Origin: Camelus ferus
Lineage: Eukaryota
Assembly (NCBI RefSeq): GCF_009834535.1
Contig: NC_045696.1
Span: 84,694,001-84,758,000, forward strand
DNA: 64,000 nt
Direction of reading: 5' to 3'
Shown here: positions 1-10,950 of the stretch, piece by piece
Numbering within the stretch: the stretch's first letter is position 1
Layout of the letters: the number at the start of each line of letters is the position of its first letter
Notes under the pieces: model-generated
Told to the model about the DNA's origin: nothing
Databases searched by the model: none
The model's input: the letters and a program-made list of their open reading frames with translations, nothing else
Position numbers and translations under genes: made by a program

Positions 1-1323
1 AAAACTTATTTGAACACTTCATGCAGTTTCGAGACATTTAAGGGAGCAAAGCTCCTCCTAAAGTAAGGTCCAAACTGCTTAACACAGTATTGAAGCCTAA
101 ATCATCTAATTCACTCCTAGCTACAGGCTTCACTCAACTCTCTTAATTCTGGCTCTCTTCTTCCCCAGGCTCCCTTGTGGATTAAATACAGTCACATGAG
201 CTTTTTTTTTTTTTAACTTACCAAATATACAAGACTTTTTGTTTCTATTTTGTTTTATAAATATCTTCACCCACGCTGTTGTTTTTCGTGTAATAACATT
301 TATGTCTCCTCACTTACCTACTTGAAGGAAAAAAAACGACCATTTTCCAAGAGAGTGGAAATGGCACATCTTTTGTAAAGCTTTGTTAGGCTCCTCTGGA
401 GAAACTGAGAGCTCTCTTTTGTGGCCTACATTACCTGTACATAATCCTATGACAATTCCTATCGATTTCAATTTCAGTGCTTCTTTTCATGTCTGCCTCT
501 CTCCATTGTCTTGAATGAGGAATCATTTCTTTTCAAACTCCTTATAGGAGAGTGCTTCAGTTTAATCTGAACTGTGATTTAGAGCCTCAGCATCAACAGA
601 ATAGGTGGGTTGATGGATTACTCCAATACTTATTTACATTAGTTGATAGGAATGATAAATATTTCTTTTTGGCTGAAATAAGAAAGAAAAACTAGGTTTG
701 TATGTGCCACTGGAAGAGAAAAATAAGAGAAATAATGGAGTTATAATGACATTGATCCCCTACCAAGTTTGGTAGACTTTCCTCTGAATTCTAGTGACAG
801 GAGAAGTTCTAAAGCTGAGTGCTACCAAACCAGTGAGATCTGGACACTAAATGTTAATGTGACCTATCTTCTTTGCACTTACGTGATGACTGATGGGTAA
901 ATATTTATGTTATATTAAGATTCCATAGCCTATTCTTTCATAAGGCGCACAGTAAATACACATTTTAAATATGTTTAGTACAGGGATATTTCCAGTAGTA
1001 TGTGATAGTGCCCTATGGAGTTGATCTTACAACATTCACACATTGGTATTTAGTAAAGACTCAAAGGCTTCGCCTCTGCAGATTTCTGAAGATCTTTTTC
1101 TAACTGCCTCCCTCCTATTCAGAACTCAACTTCTGATCTTTAGGTGCCTCAGTCTCCTTTAATTCTACTTCTTGGATCCTCACCCCAGGGATACGGCTAT
1201 GCTCTGCTAGGGATTTTCATCCTTGAACTACAAGTCAGCATGTGCCATCAACAGGCAGAGGAGATCATGTGTCTTTCTTCCTTTGTTTATTCCCACAAGG
1301 ATTATAGTCAGATACTGCCTATA

Positions 1324-1984
1324 GTTTTCGTTTGTTTAGGATGTCAAATGACCCTTTATTGAAATATTTAAATATTTCCTTTGTAGTTCTTAATTATCTG
1401 GGCATTCTGCCACGCCATGGTGGATGCCATCTGTGATGTTGTGAGGGTAGTGACCATCAAGATTGCAGTCCACAAACTGGACAGTCCTCAGGATCTCTTT
1501 GATGGCTCCAGAGAGCTTTCTGGCTGAAAGACAATGATGTATCTGTTGGTAATATTGACAAATCTCATCAAAAGTGATATTTCCAACATGTATAAAGGTT
1601 TGTTGTTGTTGTCTGTTTGTTTGCTTCTTTCTGTCTCTGAGTAGTTCTTTGAGAGCTTTGATGATCTAGGAAGAGGAAGAAGGTACCATCTCAATCTGGA
1701 TCTTTGTGTTCTGAATGGTCAGTTTCACTGTAATTGTTAGATCCTTCTACTCACCAGTTGCCTTGATAATGTCATCATCATTTTTTTTTGGATAAATACT
1801 CAGGTGGCTAATTTTGGAGGCCAGGGCAGACATTGCACCAAATTACCCACCAGTGCCACTCAGGTATATGACTTTGATCTCTTTAGGTTGAATTTGGGCG
1901 GCAGAGTGGAGGTGGTTGGTGTTGGATGAACTATGATGTAGGATGACCTAAAAAAGTTGTACTGTGTCCTTTGAGCTGAAAGCC
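1324..1984 (-). pseudogene. RPL12: Processed (retro)pseudogene of 60S ribosomal protein L12
   Basis: The minus strand of 1390-1904 reads, with stops and frameshifts, (L)[90 protein letters not shown], matching RPL12. It is intronless. The 5'UTR-like GGCTTTCAGCTC..GTTCATCCAACACC reaches ~1984, AATAAA lies at 1355-1360 and a decayed A-tail at ~1324-1337. The start codon is mutated to CTG. Confidence 0.95.
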
Positions 1985-2354
1985 TTCTGTAATTTTTTTA
2001 ATATTTAAAAACACTTCTTTGATGTATGTTGTCTGCGTGTCCATTTTTGGAGGTAAGGTAAGCCTATAGCCTGTTAGTTCATCATGGCTGGAACCAGAAT
2101 TCTGGCAGATTCTTATTAATTCAATATAACTCAGTAATAGGACTAAATTGAACTATAATATCCATGAGAAGTGCTGAATGTTCTAAGGTATCTCAGCCCA
2201 GCCTAACAGAACAAGGGTTAGACTGGAAGTCAAGAATTTTTTATTTTGATTTGATATTTGCACTTCAGATTAAAGAAATGAATTCAAAAAGTTTGCTAAA
2301 AATGAGTCATATTCAGTTTGCTGCTTTTTGTTAATTGATTTTAGTTTCATACAG

Positions 2355-2525
2355 AAATACCATGCTTTAATGACAATGTTGAACGAAATTTTTCACTATC
2401 ATAATAGATTTACTTATGACTTATTCTCATCTCTCCTGAAAGCATGTTCTTCTTTTTAATCTCCATTTCTAATGAATTATTAGATGCGTAATGGTTTCTA
2501 AAATATGAATTTTGCATTGATTTAG
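2355..2525 (+). pseudogene. Candidate exon remnant of the decayed plus-strand gene
   Basis: Acceptor ttttagtttcatacag, translation KYHALMTMLNEIFHYHNRFTYDLFSSLLKACSSF*, donor TAG|gtataa. No firm motif match. Confidence 0.35.
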
Positions 2526-3227
2526 GTATAAAGAACTATAGCTTTATTAATGCAATTTGGAAAATCAAAGAGTAAAGCTTGGAAAAGATAAAAATAGAAT
2601 GCATAGTAAACAAATACATGTAAAGTATTTTGTTGGAAAGCACCACAACATTAAAAATAAAATACCCAGTGTGTGACACTGCCAGTCATAGAAAAGCTAC
2701 TTTTCAAAGTCCAAAGAAATAAATATCTCTGAAACATTTGAAAATAACTTTACCTCTTATGTTTTACTAAGGTCCACTGGATTTACATAATTGACTTACC
2801 ACATTCTGATTGTGGCACTTATCATCATAATTTTCTGTATCTCTTTTAAAATGCATACAACGCTACTTGTCTTTATGTTTTATTTTTTCCACAATGCTGT
2901 AAACCTTGAGGTCAGGGACTGTGTCACATTCAAGTCCCATTGTCACCCAATACAATGTTTTGGACACTGCAAGACATTGTTTAACGTGTTTAATTAAAAT
3001 GTGGTCCTAAAGACTTAGTACAGCATATGTCAATGTAAAAAACACAGAAAAGAGTATTTCACGGCCTTCAAGTGTTTTAAGTCTTGACCTTGATTTTCAG
3101 CAAAAGTCTTGAGAAAGAGAAGAATAAGGGGAAGTTTTGGTTCCTGTAATTCTCTCTCTTAATGAAAATTAAAATATAAATTTAATATTCTTTATTTTTT
3201 TTCTTATTTTCCTTTACATTCTTTCAG

Positions 3228-3395
3228 ATACATTTTTTTTTGCCAGTGAGCTAATAATGCCATAGGTCTGAATTTTATCTTGGCCCTCAACACCACAGTG
3301 AATCCTGTTCAATTCTTTGATCCCCTGAGGATGGAGTCACCCAATTCAAAGAAATTTATCAGTGCAAACCAACAAATGTATAAACTGACTATTAG
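3228..3395 (+). pseudogene. Candidate exon remnant (168 nt, phase 2-2)
   Basis: Very strong polypyrimidine acceptor ttttttcttattttcctttacattctttcag. The frame has 55 codons with one stop (YIFFCQ*ANNAIGLNFILALNTTVNPVQFFDPLRMESPNSKKFISANQQMYKLTI). Donor AG|gtagga. Confidence 0.5.
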
Positions 3396-3564
3396 GTAGG
3401 AAAATTAGCTATAGATATTTCACAATATTTTTATAACAAAGAGTATCAGTAAATGCTTCTCTCAATCGTCAAAAAATTGAAAGCATTTCAATTTCTTCAC
3501 TTATTTTGACAATCAATTACTTTTATTACATGCATTTTCAACTTAAATGTGATTATCTTTATAA

Positions 3565-3628
3565 CTGTGGACATTTGATCCATGGTTGGTTGAATTTGTG
3601 GATGCAGAACCCATGGATTCAGAGGGAT
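3565..3628. mobile_element. Tigger4/Zombi-like DNA transposon end fragment
   Basis: catggttggttgaatttgtggatgcagaacccatggattcagaggg resembles the terminal sequence of Tigger/MER46-type elements. Confidence 0.5.
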
Positions 3629-4559
3629 TTTTGTGTTTTATTTTTATTTGCACACTCTTTGCATGGTACTGATTATAAATCTGTGACTATACAATGCACT
3701 CAAAAATCGTTTTTAAAAAATCATTTCAAAGTAGCTGTTTTACTGAAATCTTGATTAATAGTTTTTATAACCCAAGACAAAGTTTTATCTATAAGATGTA
3801 CAAAACAATTGATGACTAATATCATAATTGTTGTTAATAAAATAGTGTATTTTTAAAATCAACTTAAAAAATAGTTCTTGAAATCCACTATAGACACAAT
3901 GAAAGCTTTCCTTGAACAACTCTGGCCTAAATCATATATACAAGTACCTGTCTACTTAGAATAAATGCCTATTTTCTCTTTTTTAATTGTTTTAATGTTT
4001 CTATTTTAATCATAATTTTTTGGCTAAATGATTTGTTTCTACTTTATTGCCCTATATTTTACAGGAGGATAATAGCTGTGCATACATACCTGATTTAATA
4101 AATACATTAGAAATCTCATTAAATTTAAGATTTACCCTACCAAGCTACATAATTGCAATACTTTTGATTTTCTCAAAGGTTCAATGTTTTTCAAACTTTT
4201 AATCATTTGGTAATTTTTTACTTGCCTCTAGACTTCTGCCATCTTTTGCAAATCTCCCTAAGCAAAAGTCATTCTTTTAGTTCCCCAAATCCCAAAGCCT
4301 TGAAGAATTAGGGGACAAATACAACCCATAGCTTGCCAAATTAGTGCACTGATAAACATTTTATGCTTTCATTGGGATTACAGTGGGCTGTACTCTAGAA
4401 TTAAGAGTAAAGTAAAAGTAAACAAGTCCTTACATAAACTGTAGTTTAGCTTAAACACATGTAGATGGCTCTAAGAAATTCAGCCACCCTACTTTTTTTT
4501 TTTTTTTTTTTTTTGTGGAGAAACAGTATTTCATGTGTCAGCAAGTGAGTGTCAGTAGC

Positions 4560-5310
4560 AGATGGGAATCAAGGAAGAATTATCAGGAGTATGATATAAT
4601 GAACCTAGGCCTCAGTTTACCTCTACAGAAACAAAACAAAACAAAACCAAAAACAAGCACACAATAAAAGTAATCGGACACATTGGTACAATGCTATCAT
4701 AAATGAGAAGCAACTGAAACAACAGAAAATAGAATAACAATAAACTCCTTATACTGCTATTATTAGATACAGATTTTTGAAAGACTTTGTTATTCTATTC
4801 AAGGTGATAAAAGGAAAGATTAAAAATATTAGTAAAGCACTAGGAACTACAGCAGAATAAAGAAAAGACTAATCAAATTTAAGTGTAGAACTGAAAAATA
4901 GGAAAAATGAAGTTAATAAATTATTGGACATTAACAGCAGATTAAGCACAACAAATTAAACACAGGTTAAAAACAACTAAAGAAAAGATAATCTTTTAAA
5001 AGATTAAAAGATAATTAGGTAAAAAAAAAAAATCCCAGAAATAAGCTGGAGAGGCACAATGATGAAATATGTATGTGCAAGGATAGCACACCCAGGAAAT
5101 AGAACCTGAAATGTTTAATGGATTTGCAATTAAAACATTTAATTGTTTTCTAAAATTGATGCAGTACTTCATTCTACAATTAGAGAAACAATAAACCTCA
5201 ATAATGATGAATATTAAGAACTTAACATCAAAGTGCAGAAAAACAAAGATAAATAGAATATTATAAAATCATCTAGGAAAACATAAAGTATTTTTAAAAA
5301 GGCAATGTAG
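4560..5310 (+). mobile_element. Ancient L1 5'/ORF1-region fragment
   Basis: A-rich degenerate sequence with L1M ORF1-like motifs such as aacagcagattaagcaca and gaactgaaaaata. Confidence 0.45.
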
Positions 5311-5571
5311 ATCTTGGCTCTTAACCTAGGTATCTCTGTATAACTAGGAAAATGCAGGTAATAAGTAAACTTAAAATAAGAAAGCTATTACAATCAATTG
5401 GTTTGTTTTTGTGAAATAAGTTGAATATTTTAGATTAAAAAAGCTCTTCTCCACTAATATTTTCAAAAATTATTTTGAAATAAAGTGTATTATTTTGAGA
5501 CTGTCAAAAAAATGTTCATTACAATGGAACATATTGTTTCCCTAAATTATTGTATTAGTTTTAAGTGCCAC

Positions 5572-5574
<3 letters not shown>

Positions 5575-5603
<29 letters not shown>
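5575..5603. repeat. (CA)n microsatellite
   Basis: Directly visible run of acacac. Confidence 0.95.
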
Positions 5604-5607
<4 letters not shown>

Positions 5608-5608
<1 letters not shown>

Positions 5609-6287
5609 GCTGGGAAACAAGCTGCTGGAAAACAAGACACTGGAAGATGAACAGCTGGAAAACAAGCCACACCTAAATTTCCATGAGCTTAAAATATTAT
5701 ATTCACACTTACTTGCTTAAAATGCACGTGCTTGCTTTGTTTTAATGATTTACGCAGTAGATGACCTATAGCACGTATTATGCTAAATAAAATTTGTGGT
5801 GAGCAATCCTGAGATTGACCATAAGGTCATGAAGGAGGCAGATATTTCCTTAGGGTGAAACAATGGATGGTCCTGGAAGGCCAGGTCATCCATTAACAGA
5901 ACTTTGTTCTGGCATGAAATCATGCAGTTAAGCCCAGGGAAAATATTTGCTATCTCGAGATGTCCCGGAGGCAATAACAGGATAGATTTAGAAATTTTGC
6001 ATATCCTGAGGAGGGTGATTGTTCCTGGAAGGGATAGGCCTGAAATTAATCAGTTAATCAGCAAGCAGAACTTAGGTGCTTATCGAATGGAATATCTAAA
6101 GCCTCTCCTCTGATCTCATTTTTTCCTGAGCTGTATACTCCTAATAAACATGATGTTGACCAGGCTTTCGGGACTCTGGATCCACGAGATCTTGAGTCCC
6201 ATCTTTGCTCTTTACTTTGTCTCTTTATTTCTTAAGTCTTGCGTCGCCCATCCTCAGACACAGTCCTGAGCTGCGCTGGACACAGTA
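5608..6287 (+). mobile_element. ERV1-class solo LTR nested in the MLT1
   Basis: TG start, short internal repeats (gctggaaaacaag), AATAAA at ~6144, CpG-retaining 3' end and a 4-bp TATA flanking duplication (5604-5607 / 6288-6291). Confidence 0.7.
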
Positions 6288-6882
6288 TATATATACACAC
6301 ATATATATGCATATATACATTACATATTTAGTGGCTTAAATCAATACAAATTTACTATCTTACAGGTCTGGAGGTCAAAAGCCCAGTATTAGTCTCATAG
6401 GACTAAAACCAAGATGTCTGAAGAACTATGTTTGTTACTGGACACTCAATGTGAGAATTTGCTTCAATATTTTATCCAGTTTTTAAAGGACACACATTTC
6501 TTGGCTCATGGCCCTATTCCTCCATCTTCAGAATCATCATTAACATCCACAAAGGGTTGAGTCCTTCTTACATCTCATCACTAACCCTTCTCCTACCTTC
6601 CTCTTTTGATTCAAGCATGCTTGTAATTTCCCAGTGCCCATCTGGCTAATTTAGCGTTACTTATCTATCTAAAGTAAGCTGATTTGTAACTTCTTAATTC
6701 CATCTGTAACCTTAACTTCTTTTTCAATGTAACCTGTTTACATTGTTCTGACGATTAGGATGCAAGTCTCATGAATCTGCCTACCACAAGTATTTTTTGA
6801 CCTTTTTTCTTGACATTTTTTCATAAATAGACAAGACACTAGTGTCATTTACCTTTCACTATTTATTACTTTCAATCTCAAG

Positions 6883-7064
6883 GTTGTTAGAAAAGTCTAA
6901 CTTAGTATCTTCTCCTTTCATTTAATAATAATTCATCTTATTTGGTTCCCCTTGAATATGTAGATGTGAATATCAGCAATTCTCATGGAAATCCCAGTCC
7001 TTTAAGCTTTAAATTGGCAATCAAATCAGCCATTAGAGGAATAAGATTATTAGTCAATGAATAA
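6883..7064 (+). pseudogene. Exon remnant resembling dynein AAA4 P-loop region
   Basis: Acceptor tttattactttcaatctcaag. A single frame reads (G)C*KSLT*YLLLSF..LEYVDVNISNSHGNPSPLSFKLAIKSAIRGIRLLVNE, against dynein consensus GSGRQSLTRLA..FQIEISKNYG..FREDLK.VL..A. Donor gtatgc. Confidence 0.6.
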
Positions 7065-7574
7065 GTATGCTAAAATACTGTAATATAGAGTATTATTTCC
7101 ATTTTTATATGCTTCCTTTACTCTTAAGGAAGATTGAACAGGAGAAAAAAAACATACATTTATGATTTCAAATTGTTATAGTTGATACAGATAGAAAACA
7201 TGTATTCTTTTCCAGATTTTCCAAATAATATTTTCTTTATTTTTTTCCAATGAAAGTAACTTTATAAAAATATATTTTTAAAAGATAGAATGCAATGTCT
7301 TAACAGTTGTTGAGTTTTTAATCACTCAATATATTTAATTAGGATGATTACTTGGCCAAAACAATGGATGGAAGATATAATCATAATGTCACATCTAGAC
7401 TGTGGCTTTAAATGTGGCTCATAACATAGATACATTAAAAAGTAATTTAAAAATGTGAATTAAGATATGTTTTATATTTAAGAAGTCTAAAATTTTGCAA
7501 ACTGTTTCCTGTTTTCCTATGGTAATGCTTTTTCTTCTATGGAAATGGAAATTGCTGTGTTTCATCTTTCAAAG

Positions 7575-7781
7575 GATTATGCTCTTACACAACATCTTGC
7601 GTCACATTTTGATAAAGCAACTAATGTCTACATTTAAAAAGTTCAACAATATAATTCTCAATGATAGTTTATTTTCATCTCTGATGATAAGAGTTACTCC
7701 ATGAAATATCATGAAAAGATAAATGTGGACAATGGTGGGAAGGTTTTATATTCCCCTTATTGACATGAAAAAGTATGACAG
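7575..7781 (+). pseudogene. Exon remnant resembling dynein AAA4 (INNLLN..GE..LF..DE..ERVRQ)
   Basis: Acceptor gtttcatctttcaaag. Reads TFKKFNNIILNDSLF, then after a frameshift FISDDKSYSMK..HEKV*Q. Donor CAG|gtagtt. Confidence 0.5.
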
Positions 7782-7905
7782 GTAGTTGTTTCTCCCAAAT
7801 CTGTCTCCGAATAGTTTCACAATTTTTTTACAATTCATAAAATAAACCTGCAGGGAAACCTATGTGTTGTACTGAATTGTAAAATGCATTATCACTTAAC
7901 TTCAG

Positions 7906-8307
7906 TAGATTTGCTTTATTAAGAAATCATTTCTTTTATACTCCATGTTTTAAATGTTATTATGTATTTCAATTGGTGAGAATATTTTTTAAAATACTCT
8001 CCAAAATCTAAAGTATAATTTCTTTCAAACGAGCATCAAAAAAGCCCAAACATTAAAATATTTATTAAATAAATTCAACTTTTTATTGGTATAATAAAAT
8101 AAACTAACAACAATTGTATTGATTATGCTTAAGGACAATCACAAATTTCCATACAATGCATTTGGTTTTTAAGAAACAGTTTTGAAAACAAAACAGTGTA
8201 CTTGAAAAATCTGTAATCGCATTCATTTTGTTTTTCACTTTTATTCAGACAATTTTTGAATCATTAGTCATTAAAACATTTATAGTATAATACATGTCTG
8301 ACAAAAA
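7906..8307 (+). pseudogene. Two small exon remnants (7906-7975 and 8249-8307)
   Basis: RFALLRNHFFYTPCFKCYYVFQL|gtgaga, and after the strong acceptor ttttgtttttcacttttattcag, TIFESLVIKTFIV*YMSDK|gtataa. The two are phase-compatible and sit where dynein has RLRMFPSLINCCTIDWF / WPEDAL. Confidence 0.4.
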
Positions 8308-9361
8308 GTATAAATTGACTATGATGGGTACGGGTCCTAAGCAGCACATTTTCTGTGCTTTCCTTTCCTCATGGATTTTCTTTCAATAAAACTCAAAGCT
8401 AAATGATCAGTTGATGGACTATTTAGTCACTTTATTTCCTAAATTTCGTCATCACCTAAACTTCAAATTGCTTCTGATAAACATTGTAGTTTATGAATTT
8501 CTGTGGAGGTTAAAAAGTAGAGTTAGACTCAAAAAATTGCTGAATAAAAACCTTTACCCAATGTGGATAAAAAAAATAAAACTGAAATAAGAATAAAAAA
8601 CAAGTTAGAGTGTTTAAAGCATAGAAGTAAAAGGGAATGGGATGAAAAGAGTAGAACATTTAAACATTCATTTAACCAGGTGTATTCATTGGGATGATCA
8701 CTTGGTGGAAACAATGCATAAAGATACATTTGGGACCTGACTAGAAATATACCTTTTTATTAATTCAGATTCTTACTCTAATCAATTTTATTGCCTATTA
8801 CCTGCCTTAATTTATACTTATGATACATTTGGAGTCAGAGCATCTATTTAACGTGTAGGAATTTAATTATATTAGATAATATATTCACTTTTCATTATTC
8901 TGCTAGTGGTTCTGTAACAATGCGGACTCGATGATGCTTGCAAAGGAGACAGGAGGATAATTGCTTGATAAAAACACCATGTTCTTCTGTTCTGATTCTG
9001 TGTCTGCTACCTCCCTTTCTCCTTCCCTCCCTTCCTTCTCCATTCTGTCTTCATTCCTTCCTTCCTTCTTTCCTCCCATCTTTTGTTCTTCCCTCCTTCC
9101 TTCCATCATTACAAATCTCGCTGATACATTAATAATGTAACATTTCAAGTGTCACATGTATCACTTTCCCGTTTGAAAAAATATTTTTAAAGATGAAAAA
9201 CATGAAATCTCATTACAGATGAGAACTAACAGATGAATATTTGCAACAGGTTTTGATGTAGGAAGCACTAACCTTGAACCACCCCCAAACACTCCCATTC
9301 TTCTCATTAGTAGATCTGTATTACAAAATTTTACTCAATTATTATTATTGTTGTTATTATT

Positions 9362-9891
9362 ATGTACTGAATTGCTTTCCTCCAAATTTATATGTTGAAG
9401 TCCTAACTCCCAATGTGGTTGGAAACTGGGCCTTTAAAAAGGTTATTGTCCCTTTTAAATGACATTTACTACAATTGATGTTCTATTCTTTGCTATTTTG
9501 ATATTCATTTTACCCTCTCACTAAACAGAAAACAGCTTCTCCCACTATAGGCCTAAAGCTATTTGCAGCAGGTGCTTAGTAATTGTGAACTGAGGCCTTT
9601 TAGTGCCAAGGGCAGTATTCAGCTGACAGCCAGGAAGGGAAAAGGACCTCAATCCTACAGCTACAAGGACCTTCCTGTCAAAACCTGAGTGAGTATGGGA
9701 GCAAAGTCTTCCCAGAGCCTCTCTGTAAGAGCCTAGGCTGGCTGACCTCTACTTTGACCTTCTGAAATCTGGAGCAGAGAAACCTGTCAAGCTAACCTAG
9801 CCTTTTCACCAATAGAACTGTGAGATGTTAAGTCTGTGTTAAGTTGCTAAATTTATGGTATTTTTTATGGTATAAATAAAAAACTAATACA
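9362..9891 (+). mobile_element. MaLR MLT1-type LTR pieces
   Basis: Motifs ccaaatttatatgttgaagtcctaactccc, cagctgacagccaggaag..ggacctcaatcctacagc and the end aaactaataca. Confidence 0.75.
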
Positions 9892-9899
9892 AACGTATA

Positions 9900-10950
9900 A
9901 AGGTATTGTTAGCCTGACCCATCTGTGATAAAGTTCCCCATCAATCTCTCACTTCCAGGTTTTAGAAGACATTGATGGTTGTTGCTCACATCTGTTGTTG
10001 TCATTAGGGTTTACAAAATGGTGATCTTTCTAAATCGATCATTTCTTCTGCATTTATTAGCTGGAATCCTTCCCTAGAGAAGAACTTTTATTTATCAATA
10101 ATTTAGTTACCCTGAAATCAATGTTGTACATGAAAAGCAGACTAAATGCCTGATTTTCCTCCTTTATTTATTTTTGGAATACTGAGATATTGATTCTGCT
10201 ACTATCTAAAGCAACCAAGTAGGTTTTCTGTATCATATAAACTCAAGGATGGTTATATATTTGTGTGTTTCAAGTACGTTGACGTTGGTTTCTTCATTGT
10301 GCTTAAATAGCCTCATGTGTGGCCAGTGGAAACCCCTTCAAGATGGATCCTTTGTCTTTTTTGTCAAGACTCCTTTATTCCATGGTAGCATTATTACTTT
10401 CTGACACTGCAGATTAACTGAGGATTGTCTGGTGCATTTTATGCCCCGGACATTGAATTGTCTGTGCCCCTGAAAGTCTCTTGTTTTGGGAGGGTTTCTA
10501 GAGACCATGGGATTCAGGAGCGGCTTGTTATTGCCTCAAGGCCATCTCAGTAAACAGAGACCAAATCCATGCTATTTGTTTTTTAGAAATGAAAGATAAA
10601 TTATGAGCTTATACTGTATTTCCAATCCAAAGGTTACAATACATGGTATGCTTAACTAATTTGATTTTTATACTTGAATCATTTTTTAAAATATTGGTTT
10701 CTAAAAACATTACTAATTTATTATTGATTTTCTTTATTTGACAATTCACATGATTACTTTTAATAAGATTGATAAATTTAGCTTAAGATTCCTTTGTAGG
10801 TTTTTTGTTTGTTTGTTTTGTTTTTTATTTCTTAGGATTTATCCCTTTTGGGAAATACAGTAAACTGTATCTTAAAATATTAAAGTATCCTCCACTAAGT
10901 GGTTATGTTACCAACTTTAAAGTTAATTCATTTATTTCTGTTGCTGCTTA
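9900..10950 (-). mobile_element. Ancient L1 (L1MC-like) 3' fragment
   Basis: atcatttcttctgcatttattagctggaatcc and ggccagtggaaaccccttcaagatgg motifs typical of old L1MC 3' ends. Confidence 0.6.

Larger units (their letters stand above)
5551..6788. mobile_element. MaLR MLT1-type LTR interrupted by a (CA)n tract and an ERV LTR
   Basis: Begins tgtattagtt, resumes ttagtggcttaaatcaatacaaatttactatcttacaggtctggaggtcaaaag and ends ctgcctaccaca, which are typical MLT1 termini and internal motifs. Confidence 0.75.

Noticed and set aside
8903..9148. ORFs on both strands with E/G/K/R-rich or P/S/F-rich content
   Set aside because: They are translations of a (CCTT)n low-complexity tract at ~9010-9105.
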